Positions 16,958 through 25,936 of a DNA stretch of 64,000 bases are shown here, piece after piece. The notes under the pieces are model-generated. The model did no database searches. It was not told the DNA's origin and was given only the letters and a program-made list of their open reading frames with translations. Position 1 is the first letter of the stretch. Every line of letters starts with the position of its first letter. The position numbers were made by a program, and so were the translations under genes. The stretch lies in IMG/VR virus record IMGVR_UViG_3300050821_015552, positions 15,811 through 79,810 of that record; one strand, 5' to 3'. The stretch comes from a virus.

Positions 16958-19411
16958 ATGAAGACCATCCGCTACGTTGCCCTCGTACTCTTCGCGCTCG
17001 TGGCGTGCTCGCATTCGGGTACCCCGTCTCCGCCCCAGGCCGCAGTCGATGCTGCCGTCGCGCAGATGCCGACCCGTCTCGCTTTTGACGAGCCAGATGC
17101 GGGGATCGTTCGGCCGCAGGCTCAGCCGATCAAGCCGGTTGCGCCGAAGAAGGTAGACACGCGCACCGCGGCGCAAAGGCTCGCCGACGCCAAGCGTGAT
17201 GCGATGTCTGCGTGCCGAGGCAGCGACGGCAAGTGGTACTGCGGAGACCTGAGCAACAAGAACGGGCAGGTCCCAGCGCCGCTCATGGCGTCCGGGAATG
17301 CGACTGCCGCTCAATGCGGCCCCGCTTGCACCGTTCCGACTTGGTACATCGACGTCAGCAACACGTCGGGATGTGCGTCAGATTCGAACTCCTGTACGAG
17401 TGCCGGATGCAGCGGTGCAGGCATCGGTCCATGCCTGTCGCTCAACCAAGTCGTCGCGCGCACCGGATCGTCCACGCCGATCTATCCACGCGGACAGAGC
17501 GTCACGATCAACTTTGTCTCCGCGCCCGCGGCCAACTACGGCCCGTACTACTTCGCTCCGCAGCTCTCTGGCGGTGGCACGCTGTCATTCGTAAGCGGCG
17601 TATCGACGTCCGAGTATTACGGCCTCGCGCAGGTCGACGGCGTCAACGTGGTCTCCGCGTTCGGCGTCGACAACACGGGCGCCACGGACGTCTGCGTCAC
17701 GACCCTTCCCAATGCGTTCAATACGCTCGCCGCGAACGGTCAAGCCGCATGGATCCCGGGCGGGACCTACAAGTGCTCGACGCAGATCGAGCTTCCCAGT
17801 CTGACCATCAATCAGTCACCAGACGCGACGTTCATCGGCGGCCTCGATGGTCCGTCGACCATCATTCCCGGCACGCTCTTCTACGCTCCGTTGCCGGGGA
17901 CCACGAGCACGACGACACTCAATGGGAATCCCACCGTCAGTCCGTACTCCAACACCATCGTCACGACCGTGGCGTTGACAGCGGGCACGTACATCCAGAT
18001 CGTGAGCGTGGCAGCCCCGACGCTCGCCGCGGTCTATCACGTCGAGTCGACCAGCACGTTCACGGCGACGCTCGATCACGCAATGCTCTACCCGTTCGTG
18101 TCGGGTGACACGGTGAACACACTATCCGGACCTCCTGTGAGCGTCACATGGCGGGGAAACGGTGGCCAGATCACGGGCAAGGCGGTCGGGTTCATCGGTG
18201 GCGCGTTCTGGAACTCGAACATCAGCGGCCTGAAGTTTAGCGGGATCAACGGCACGCACGCCGACTACCTGACGCTCTTGTCTTACGGCTCGTACAACTC
18301 CACGATGCGCGACCTGTCAGCCGACGTGACAGGCGTACGCACCGGGTTCAACGCGGGCTTCGTCGATGCTGGGCAGAGCGATCTGCTCGACAACGACTCG
18401 ATCGTCGGTCCTACGTCCGTCACCGCGTCGGGGATCAAGATCGTCGATGCTCGCGCCGGCACGGCGCAGAATTGCCAGAGTCAAGGTCTGGAGTGGGGCC
18501 TCATCCTCGCGAGCGATGCCACGATCACTCCAGGCGTCGAGTGGTACCACGTTCACGGCGGCAACTTCCTGTACGGCTCGCAGTACGGCCTGTACGTCGG
18601 AGCGGGCAGCGCGAACAACGGATTCTCTGGCTCTATCGTGGCAACAGGGACGCAAGGTGGTGCTCGGCTTGATGGCACCGGCAGCGGCTCGATGGTGTCG
18701 AACACCTTCGAGCGTCTCGACGTCAGCGGGACGGCTGGCGATGGTCTGACGATCAGCGCGGGCACCAAGGGCACACGGATCGACACGCTCATCACGGACA
18801 ATCCGGCTGGTGTCTGCGTACAGGCGCACGATGAGCTATGGGTCGGCTACCACCACGCGTTCACGGCGGTGACGGCTTCATCGCCGAACATCCTCAACAT
18901 CGACACGTCGGGCATTGACGTCCACATCGGAGCACTCGACTGGAACTGCAGCTCCGCGAGCGGCGCCTTCACTAGCCAGGTCAACGCGGCTTCCCGCGCG
19001 ACCTTCGGCAAAGGGCAGATCGTGCTGTCCACCAACAGCATCGGTCCTGCTGCGCAGCACTCCGGCTCGGTCGTCGTAGCGGACGAACTGCAAGTCGTAC
19101 CGGCTGGCGGCGCTACGGGAACGATCGGCTTCTACGCACCGTCCGGCACACTGCGACTCGGTCTCGGTACGGATTCGAGCACGTGCGCGACACCGATCGA
19201 TGTGACGAGCGGCTTCTCGAACCGTGGACAGACGGCGGCGGGGACTGCTGGCGGCGCAGCCATCGCGTGGCCGGATCTCAAGTCGACAGACGTCATCATC
19301 CTTACGCCTACGGCCGCGACGTTCACCGGCTGGATCAGCGCGACGTCGCCCGGGACGGGCTTCACGCTGAAGGACTCCGCGGGCGGGACGTACGGCTACT
19401 ACATCCCCTGA
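16958..19411 (+). CDS. Lipoprotein with parallel beta-helix (tailspike / pectate-lyase-like) domain; putative receptor-binding spike
   Basis: Signal peptide with lipobox LVAC; VSAFGVDNTGATD...WIPGGTY beta-helix cap; G/T/S/N-rich repeats. Confidence 0.75.
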   Translation: MKTIRYVALVLFALVACSHSGTPSPPQAAVDAAVAQMPTRLAFDEPDAGIVRPQAQPIKPVAPKKVDTRTAAQRLADAKRDAMSACRGSDGKWYCGDLSNKNGQVPAPLMASGNATAAQCGPACTVPTWYIDVSNTSGCASDSNSCTSAGCSGAGIGPCLSLNQVVARTGSSTPIYPRGQSVTINFVSAPAANYGPYYFAPQLSGGGTLSFVSGVSTSEYYGLAQVDGVNVVSAFGVDNTGATDVCVTTLPNAFNTLAANGQAAWIPGGTYKCSTQIELPSLTINQSPDATFIGGLDGPSTIIPGTLFYAPLPGTTSTTTLNGNPTVSPYSNTIVTTVALTAGTYIQIVSVAAPTLAAVYHVESTSTFTATLDHAMLYPFVSGDTVNTLSGPPVSVTWRGNGGQITGKAVGFIGGAFWNSNISGLKFSGINGTHADYLTLLSYGSYNSTMRDLSADVTGVRTGFNAGFVDAGQSDLLDNDSIVGPTSVTASGIKIVDARAGTAQNCQSQGLEWGLILASDATITPGVEWYHVHGGNFLYGSQYGLYVGAGSANNGFSGSIVATGTQGGARLDGTGSGSMVSNTFERLDVSGTAGDGLTISAGTKGTRIDTLITDNPAGVCVQAHDELWVGYHHAFTAVTASSPNILNIDTSGIDVHIGALDWNCSSASGAFTSQVNAASRATFGKGQIVLSTNSIGPAAQHSGSVVVADELQVVPAGGATGTIGFYAPSGTLRLGLGTDSSTCATPIDVTSGFSNRGQTAAGTAGGAAIAWPDLKSTDVIILTPTAATFTGWISATSPGTGFTLKDSAGGTYGYYIP

Positions 19412-19422
19412 CGAATTAGCTA

Positions 19423-19458
19423 TCGACAAGGCACACGGAATCGGCTAGCTTCGGGTTC
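19423..19458 (+). promoter_or_regulatory. Leaderless sigma70-like promoter for the recombinase
   Basis: TCGACA-N17-TAGCTT-N7-GTG. Confidence 0.6.
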
Positions 19459-20490
19459 GTGGCCAAGCCTACCGCTGCGCTCGCGCGGCTCGCGGAGCTC
19501 TCTGTCGAGGTCGACATCACCGAAGGGGTACGCAGGGCCGTATCCTACGCGCAGGACGTCATCTCGGAGCGAACCCGCAAGGGCTACGCGAACGAGTTCG
19601 CGCGCTTCGCAGCCTGGGCGGACGAGCAGAAGCTGCCCTCACTCCCGACCTCGCCCGAGATCGTGGCGGTCTACTTGGCCGCGCTGGCGGACGGTAAGGT
19701 CCGCATGCGCTGGGTTGGGCGCGGATCCATAGAGCGCGAAACGCAGACCAAGAAGACGCCCGCGACGATCGAACGGGCCTTCATAGGGATCATCCATGCG
19801 CAGCGCGAGGCGGGTCACGAGTGGCCGCGCGCTCATCCACTTCTGGCGCGAGTGATGCGCGGCATCCGGCGCAAGCTCGGGACCAAACAGAAGCGCGTTG
19901 CAGCTATCGGCCTGGCGGACCTGCGCGCACTGATCGAGCAGTGCCCCAAGACGCTCGCCGGGGCACGCGATCGGGCGATGCTATCGATCGGCTTCTTCGC
20001 GGCGTTGAGGCGCTCGGAACTGGTCGCGCTCGACGCGGCCGACATCAAGGCGACCCCCAAGGGACTCCTCGTGACCATCCGCAAGGCGAAGGAAGATCAG
20101 ACGGCCAACGGTCGAACCGTTGCGCTCCCGCGAACGGAGGACGAGAGCATCTGCCCCGTGCGCCTCCTGCGGGCATGGCTCAAGGCGAGCAAGATCGAGT
20201 TGGGACCGCTATTCCGTCGCATCGACCGTGGAGGCAACCTGGGAAGCAGCGCGCTTTCGTCGCAGGTCGTAGGCATGATCATCAAGCAGCTCGCAGATGC
20301 TGCGGGCCTTGACGCCTCGAAGTTCTCGGGGCACTCGCTGCGCGCGGGCTTCGTCACCAGCGCCGCGCAGGCTGGCAAGTCATTCATGAGCATCATGAAC
20401 CAGACTGGGCATCGAGACATTCGTACTGCGATGACGTACATCCGGCCCGCGACGGTCTGGGACGACAACGCCGCCGACGGTCTCGCCTGA
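19459..20490 (+). CDS. Cre-like tyrosine recombinase
   Basis: RDRAML...LRRSEL (R), KAKEDQ (K), SGHSLRAG (HxxR), QTGH, MTY (Y). Confidence 0.93.
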   Translation: MAKPTAALARLAELSVEVDITEGVRRAVSYAQDVISERTRKGYANEFARFAAWADEQKLPSLPTSPEIVAVYLAALADGKVRMRWVGRGSIERETQTKKTPATIERAFIGIIHAQREAGHEWPRAHPLLARVMRGIRRKLGTKQKRVAAIGLADLRALIEQCPKTLAGARDRAMLSIGFFAALRRSELVALDAADIKATPKGLLVTIRKAKEDQTANGRTVALPRTEDESICPVRLLRAWLKASKIELGPLFRRIDRGGNLGSSALSSQVVGMIIKQLADAAGLDASKFSGHSLRAGFVTSAAQAGKSFMSIMNQTGHRDIRTAMTYIRPATVWDDNAADGLA

Positions 20491-20611
20491 TCGGTTCCCG
20501 GCGGCGCCCGACCCGGACCGAATGCCCGAGCCGGGACGCCGCCTACCGGGCCCAATCAACCTTGCCGGCCGCCGAAGAGACTACACCGCCGTCCTGCGGT
20601 AGTCTGCGGCC

Positions 20612-22207
20612 ATGGCCCGAGTTCAAGTAGCGTACGAGCAAGCGCACGAGTGCAAGGAAGGCTGCAACTGCGCGAAGGACAGCGGCTACCTCGACGCCGT
20701 CCAGCAATCGCTCGCCGATCTCGGCTCGGACGATCCGTCTGGCGACGTCGCCCGCCACGCCAAGTACGTCCGCGGCGCCCAGAAGGCTAGGCTCGAGCCC
20801 AAGCAGGCCGCCGCGATGATCCTCGCGATGAGCCGGCCCGACGAGGGCTACCAGCCCAGGTACAGGTTCGAGGACGTGGCGGAAACGGCGGCGCACGAGT
20901 ACATCGCCGTCGACAGCCGGGGGAAGAAGGTGTTTGGGCCGACGCGGGACTACGGGGAGGCGAAGCTGCACGCAGATCGAAGCGGCGGCACGGTGCGCTT
21001 CGAGATGAGCGCCAGCGAGAGTGCGGCCGAGAAGTCGGTGCTTTACTGGCGACACGAGAACGGTCAGTGGTACGGCAGTCCGCATCGTGCTCCGTACGCG
21101 AGGGGCGACTGGTTCGCGAACGTCTTTCAGGAGCTCGGCGGCAAGTGGGTCGCGCTCGCCAAGACGGACGTCGAGCGAGAGCTGCCCGAGAACGTCGGCT
21201 CCTTTCCTTCGGAGAAGACCGCCAAGCTGGGGAGTGAGAAGGCGTACCTGGAGTTCCTGCTCAAGAACCCGGAGTACCTTCCGCTGACGTCTTCCGCCGC
21301 GCCGCCATCACCCTCCGGCCTCCAACCCGGCTCCCGCGTCACCATCGAGCTCCCACTGCGCCCCGCCGGCTCCGGCGGCAGTGGCCATCCGAAGCTCGGC
21401 TACGTCGTCAAGCTCGGCAAGCGCGGCGCGCTGGTGGCGACCGCGGACGGCGAGGAGTGGTACCCGATCGACCGACTGACGTCCGACGGGTATGTCTCGC
21501 CAGACTACGCGCGGGAGCTGCCGTACGAGAAGCCGATCCGGTTCCATCGGGGGAGGCGTGAAGGGACGTACGAGGCGAGCGCTGGACACATGGGTACGAT
21601 GGTTTGCAGCCAGCGGTCACCGAATCGTCGCGCGAATCCTCCGGTGCTGCCGTGGGTGGTCATGATCAAGAAGGTCGAGATCGTTCAAGCGGCAAGCAAG
21701 CGCGAAGTTTTCCTGCTGGCTCAGGAATGGGCCAAGAGCCCAAAGCCGGCGGAGGAGCCTCCAGCAGCCGCCGAATGTACGCCGGTCATTCGTAACGGCC
21801 GGGTGGAGCGCTCGCCCGACTGCGGTTCGACAGGCGTTCGTCTCGCCTCGGCGAAGGACGTGTGGCTCATCACCAAGGACAAGTACGCGCGGCAGGGACA
21901 CGAAACCTTTGAGGTGCTTGGCGCCAACCTGAACAACGAGATGGTCGACGGCCCGGTCACGGTCGCCGTCGGCCAGACGTCGGGCGTTCGCGTCGAGCCG
22001 GAGGCGATCATCATCGCGGCGCTCGGCCTGAAGAACGGTGGCAGCACCCAGATCTGGTGCTGTCACCCGCACCCAGGCGGTAGTCCGAACCCGAGCGCGG
22101 CCGACAGAAACCTCGACAAGGCGATCCGTGAAGCGTTCGGGACGCTCAAGTCGCTCGAGTACAAGGGGCAAGTGGTCTGCACGCGAACGACGTTCAAGCG
22201 CGTTTGA
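20612..22207 (+). CDS. Multidomain (polyvalent-like) protein with C-terminal RadC-type JAB domain
   Basis: HETFEVL...HPHPGGSPNPSAAD; SH3/KOW-like internal segment; leaderless TAGTCT-N6-ATG. Confidence 0.75.
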   Translation: MARVQVAYEQAHECKEGCNCAKDSGYLDAVQQSLADLGSDDPSGDVARHAKYVRGAQKARLEPKQAAAMILAMSRPDEGYQPRYRFEDVAETAAHEYIAVDSRGKKVFGPTRDYGEAKLHADRSGGTVRFEMSASESAAEKSVLYWRHENGQWYGSPHRAPYARGDWFANVFQELGGKWVALAKTDVERELPENVGSFPSEKTAKLGSEKAYLEFLLKNPEYLPLTSSAAPPSPSGLQPGSRVTIELPLRPAGSGGSGHPKLGYVVKLGKRGALVATADGEEWYPIDRLTSDGYVSPDYARELPYEKPIRFHRGRREGTYEASAGHMGTMVCSQRSPNRRANPPVLPWVVMIKKVEIVQAASKREVFLLAQEWAKSPKPAEEPPAAAECTPVIRNGRVERSPDCGSTGVRLASAKDVWLITKDKYARQGHETFEVLGANLNNEMVDGPVTVAVGQTSGVRVEPEAIIIAALGLKNGGSTQIWCCHPHPGGSPNPSAADRNLDKAIREAFGTLKSLEYKGQVVCTRTTFKRV

Positions 22208-22246
22208 CTCTTGCGCTCGGCAGGCAGAAAGCATTATTAGTGCTTC

Positions 22247-22855
22247 ATGCCCGTCTCAGTGCAGCAGCGCGTGAAGCAGATCCGCGACGAGGTCCAGTCC
22301 CGCCTCGATCTCACCGACGACCAGATGAAGGCTCTAGCGAGCCACGCCGCGATGAAGATCTCCCACGCCTCGGGCGACTGGGAGGCGGGCCGGCATGTTC
22401 CCTCGCAAGGCAAGGAAGCGTGGATCATCGTCGCGGCGTTCGATCACTCGCCGGCCGAGTACGATCACGGCGAGCAGGGCGAAGAGTGGACGTATGGCGA
22501 GTCGCGCGTGTACGTGCTCTGCCCCGCCGACGTCTTCGGGCCGCTTCGTGATCAGATCGTCGCGCCGGGCAGCGAAATGGTCTGCATGCTCTACCGCCTG
22601 TTTCAGAACGGCCTGCTCATCGCCAAGCCCAAGAGCGAGCCGGCGTTCGTCGACTGCTTGTGCGACGAGTTCGAGGTTTTGAAAAACATGGCCGGAATCG
22701 GCGACGAGGACGATGAAGAAGAGACGTGGGAGTGCCCTGGCTGCGGCGCCGAGAACGACGACGACATGGGCGACGGGGACGACGAGACCGAGGCGACCAA
22801 GGTCAGCTTCTGCGCGAAGTGTGGCGCAGCCCGCGTGGAAGTCGTCCCTCAGTAG
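22247..22855 (+). CDS. Hypothetical protein with acidic C-terminal Zn ribbon
   Basis: WECPGCG...FCAKCG. Confidence 0.7.
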   Translation: MPVSVQQRVKQIRDEVQSRLDLTDDQMKALASHAAMKISHASGDWEAGRHVPSQGKEAWIIVAAFDHSPAEYDHGEQGEEWTYGESRVYVLCPADVFGPLRDQIVAPGSEMVCMLYRLFQNGLLIAKPKSEPAFVDCLCDEFEVLKNMAGIGDEDDEEETWECPGCGAENDDDMGDGDDETEATKVSFCAKCGAARVEVVPQ

Positions 22856-22880
22856 CGCCTCCTGGGCTATCCTCTGAGCC

Positions 22881-24431
22881 ATGACCACGTCCGTCCCGTT
22901 CGATCTTCCGCCCGACGATCCGCCCGCCGAAGCCAATGGGGCTTCGGTCGAGGACGACGGTCGACGCAAGCGTTCACCGCCGAGCGGTGGCGGCAGGGGC
23001 GGCCAGCAGGAGATCCGTCGACAGCCCCCGGCTGCCGGCGCTCCCAAGCCGCCCAACCCGGCCCTGGTGCGCGCTGCCTCCGAAGACCCCGGCGATCTCG
23101 AAGCCTGGCCGCGCGACGCCTTCAAGCTCTGGCCGCGCATCATCGACCACATCGGCAAGACGAATCCCCCGCTGCAGCCCGAGGAGGTCACGATCAGCGT
23201 GACGCGAGCGCCCCTGGGGCCGTCCATCCGCGGGCCCAAGGACGACGAGGCAGCGGGCTACATCAACATGGGCGAGATCAACGGCGGAGCGGTCGCGGGC
23301 TTCGGCGGGATGACCGCGAGCGACTCGCTTCGCTACCACCTCGTCAGCCAGTTCCACTCCATCGGTCCCAACGGTAGCACCAAGGGCGCGGGGCCGTCGC
23401 ACTACAAGCTCGAGTTCTCCTACGTGCGCAACGGCGCGCCCATCAAAACCGGGCACGTCGATCTGGACAGCTACTCGACGCTCGTCATGGTCCGCGAGCG
23501 CGGCGAGCAGCTAGCCGAGCAGATCCGCAAGGCGCAGGAGATCGGCGAGAGCGGCGAAGCGGGCAGACTACCGCCGCTCGGCACGCTGCCCGGCATGCCA
23601 GGACGCGTCGCCCAGACGCACGTGAGCACCATGTCGCCGGAGATGGCGATCGAGTGGGGCAAGATGCAGGCTCGCGAGGAGATGCGCGCCGAGCAGGAGA
23701 ACCGACCCGTGCGCGAGGTGCCGCCTCCTACGGGCGTACCGAACAACGACGCGGCCATCGCGTGGGAACGCGAGAAGGCGCAGATGCAGCTTGCGGCGGA
23801 GAAGGACAAGAAGGAGCTCGAGCTTCGCATCAGAGACATGGAGATGAAGCAGGCAGCCGATGCTGCTGCTCGCGAGCGCGACGCTCTCCTGAACCGTCTT
23901 GCCTCCCTCGAAGCCCGCATCAATTCGCCCGGCGAGAGCGACGAAGCGAAGATGCTCAAGCACCTGATCGCCCTGGGCGTCCTGCAGGTCGGCCCCGACG
24001 GCAAACCGGTGCCCGTGGGCGCGGGAGCGTCGTACACGCCTCCGGGTAAGGCCCAGACCCCCGAGCAGCAGCTGCTCGAGGCGGCGCGCGTCATCGCCGA
24101 GGGGCAGAAGGCCAGCGAGCAGACGCGCGAGACGCTGCGCAAGACGTTCAACCTCGAGAACCCGACGACGGAGATCGTCAAGGACGAGCCGGAGGACAAG
24201 AAGGAGCCCACCTGGTTCGACAAGGTCATCGGCGTGGCCGGTGGCATTCTCGAAGGCGCCGTGAAGAACCCCGAGGGGCCGCTGACGGCGCTGGCGACGT
24301 TCACCAAGGGCTCGCAGGCCGGGCAGATGTTCGAGGGGCTCGCGCAGGCTGCAGCGGCGGGCAAGGCGGCCGTCAACGCTTCGCGGGTGTCGCCGCCTTC
24401 TGGGGGCGCCGGGTTCAAGTCGAACGCGTGA
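22881..24431 (+). CDS. Large coiled-coil hypothetical protein (putative morphogenesis)
   Basis: 516 aa ORF; TATCCT-N7-ATG; contains PVGAG. Confidence 0.75.
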   Translation: MTTSVPFDLPPDDPPAEANGASVEDDGRRKRSPPSGGGRGGQQEIRRQPPAAGAPKPPNPALVRAASEDPGDLEAWPRDAFKLWPRIIDHIGKTNPPLQPEEVTISVTRAPLGPSIRGPKDDEAAGYINMGEINGGAVAGFGGMTASDSLRYHLVSQFHSIGPNGSTKGAGPSHYKLEFSYVRNGAPIKTGHVDLDSYSTLVMVRERGEQLAEQIRKAQEIGESGEAGRLPPLGTLPGMPGRVAQTHVSTMSPEMAIEWGKMQAREEMRAEQENRPVREVPPPTGVPNNDAAIAWEREKAQMQLAAEKDKKELELRIRDMEMKQAADAAARERDALLNRLASLEARINSPGESDEAKMLKHLIALGVLQVGPDGKPVPVGAGASYTPPGKAQTPEQQLLEAARVIAEGQKASEQTRETLRKTFNLENPTTEIVKDEPEDKKEPTWFDKVIGVAGGILEGAVKNPEGPLTALATFTKGSQAGQMFEGLAQAAAAGKAAVNASRVSPPSGGAGFKSNA

Positions 24432-24679
24432 AACCGCGCGTCCCGATCACGGCCGAAGCCGTGCGAGCCCATGGGCGACGCACGGTCTGCGCAGCGACGG
24501 AAGCGTGTCGCATCTGTGGCCTGCTCAATCGGGTGTTCCTTGATGAGATCCGGCTGTCGATCGGCAAGGAGCGCATGCCACGGGGGCCCAGGAGCGAAAG
24601 GGGCGCAGGGCCGCAGAACTTCGGGCAGAGCCACGCGTGGCGGCAGGATGGCCGAGTTTCGGTCTTCCGGCACGAGTGA
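24428..24679 (+). CDS. Hypothetical protein
   Basis: GTGA coupling; CRICG. Confidence 0.45.
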   Translation: MKPRVPITAEAVRAHGRRTVCAATEACRICGLLNRVFLDEIRLSIGKERMPRGPRSERGAGPQNFGQSHAWRQDGRVSVFRHE

Positions 24680-24694
24680 GGTAGACTGCTTCGC

Positions 24695-24943
24695 ATGCGC
24701 TGCTCCTGCGGCCAGCACGACTTGCCCGAGGGCCGTCAGACCCCGTGTCACTTCTGCGGGCACCCCACGCTGTCGGAGCCGGTCGTCATGTGGGACATGG
24801 GGCTGTTCTGGTACCCCATTTGTCATGCCTGCACGCAGACGGTCCCCTTCGAGCAGCAGAGGGTGACGGTGCACCTCGCGCCTCCGGAGCTGGTCGCTCG
24901 CGCGCACGCTCATGGGCCGCCCTGTGTCGAGCGGAGGGCCTGA
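24695..24943 (+). CDS. Small Cys-rich protein
   Basis: CSCG, CHFCG, CHAC. Confidence 0.5.
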   Translation: MRCSCGQHDLPEGRQTPCHFCGHPTLSEPVVMWDMGLFWYPICHACTQTVPFEQQRVTVHLAPPELVARAHAHGPPCVERRA

Positions 24944-24946
24944 GCG

Positions 24947-25933
24947 ATGGGCGACGAGAAGCGCGTCTGGACGATCTACTGCCACACCTCTCCGAGCGGG
25001 AAGAGGTACGTGGGTCAGACGCGCAAGACGATGGAACAGCGATGGAATGAGCATGTGTCTGTATCGCGCTGCCCCTCGCGGCGACGCCTGTACACCGTCT
25101 TCCACGCTGCCATCAGAAAATATGGGCCCGAAGCATTCCAGCATGAAGTGCTGGCGGTATCCGGTACGCGAGAAGAGGCGAACGCTGTCGAGGCAGACTG
25201 GATCAAGAGACTCAATACGCTGCTCCCTCATGGCTACAACGTTGATCCTGGGGCGGTAGGGTATGTCGAGCGCGGTGACGAGACGCGCCGTCGTATGCGT
25301 GAGACTCAGATGTCCAAGACGCCCGAAGAGCGCCGAGATTTGTCACTTCGTGCAGCCGCTGCACAAACACCAGAAGAACGTCGTCAGAAGGCGCTCAAGG
25401 GTGCAGCGGCCCAGACCCCGGAGCAGCGTCGGGAGAAGGCGCTCAAGGCAGCGGCGGCGCAGACGCCTGAACAGCGGAGCGCGAAAGCGCAAAAACGTTG
25501 GGACAACGCAACACCGGAGCAACGAGCACATCACGCCCAAAAGGTACGTGAGTCCAAGCGTGAGGCTGCGACGGTACGGCGAGAAGAAAAGGCCAAACTC
25601 CACGCGTCTCCTGAATGGCAGGCCAAGATCGCAGCGGAAAGAGAGGCCAGCCGTATCGCCGCGATCGAGAAGCAACGTACGGCGCGGTTGGAGTGGTGGG
25701 CCAAGAGGACGCCTGAGCAGCGACACACGCACGGTTTGACGGTGGCCGCTACAGCGCGCGCAAACGGACGCGTTCGAAAGCCGAAGCGGAAGCCGCCGCT
25801 GAAGCCACGTGGTCATATCGCATTGAAAGCGTGGGTCACCCGTCGTCGCAGGCAACGCGAGCGTGAGTTCTCGAAGCTGGTGACAGAGATCGCCGCGCAA
25901 CCGATTGCGACCGATCTTGGGTACGGGTGCTGA
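24947..25933 (+). CDS. GIY-YIG homing endonuclease with 15-aa repeats
   Basis: TIYCHTSPSGKRYVGQT...RWNEH...PHGYN; AAAQTPEQRR repeats. Confidence 0.88.
   Translation: MGDEKRVWTIYCHTSPSGKRYVGQTRKTMEQRWNEHVSVSRCPSRRRLYTVFHAAIRKYGPEAFQHEVLAVSGTREEANAVEADWIKRLNTLLPHGYNVDPGAVGYVERGDETRRRMRETQMSKTPEERRDLSLRAAAAQTPEERRQKALKGAAAQTPEQRREKALKAAAAQTPEQRSAKAQKRWDNATPEQRAHHAQKVRESKREAATVRREEKAKLHASPEWQAKIAAEREASRIAAIEKQRTARLEWWAKRTPEQRHTHGLTVAATARANGRVRKPKRKPPLKPRGHIALKAWVTRRRRQREREFSKLVTEIAAQPIATDLGYGC
25318..25530 (+). repeat. About 4-5 imperfect 45-nt (15-aa) tandem repeats
   Basis: KTPEERR/AAAQTPEERRQKALK/GAAAQTPEQRREKALK/AAAAQTPEQRS/NATPEQR. Confidence 0.75.
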
Positions 25934-25936
25934 TCC

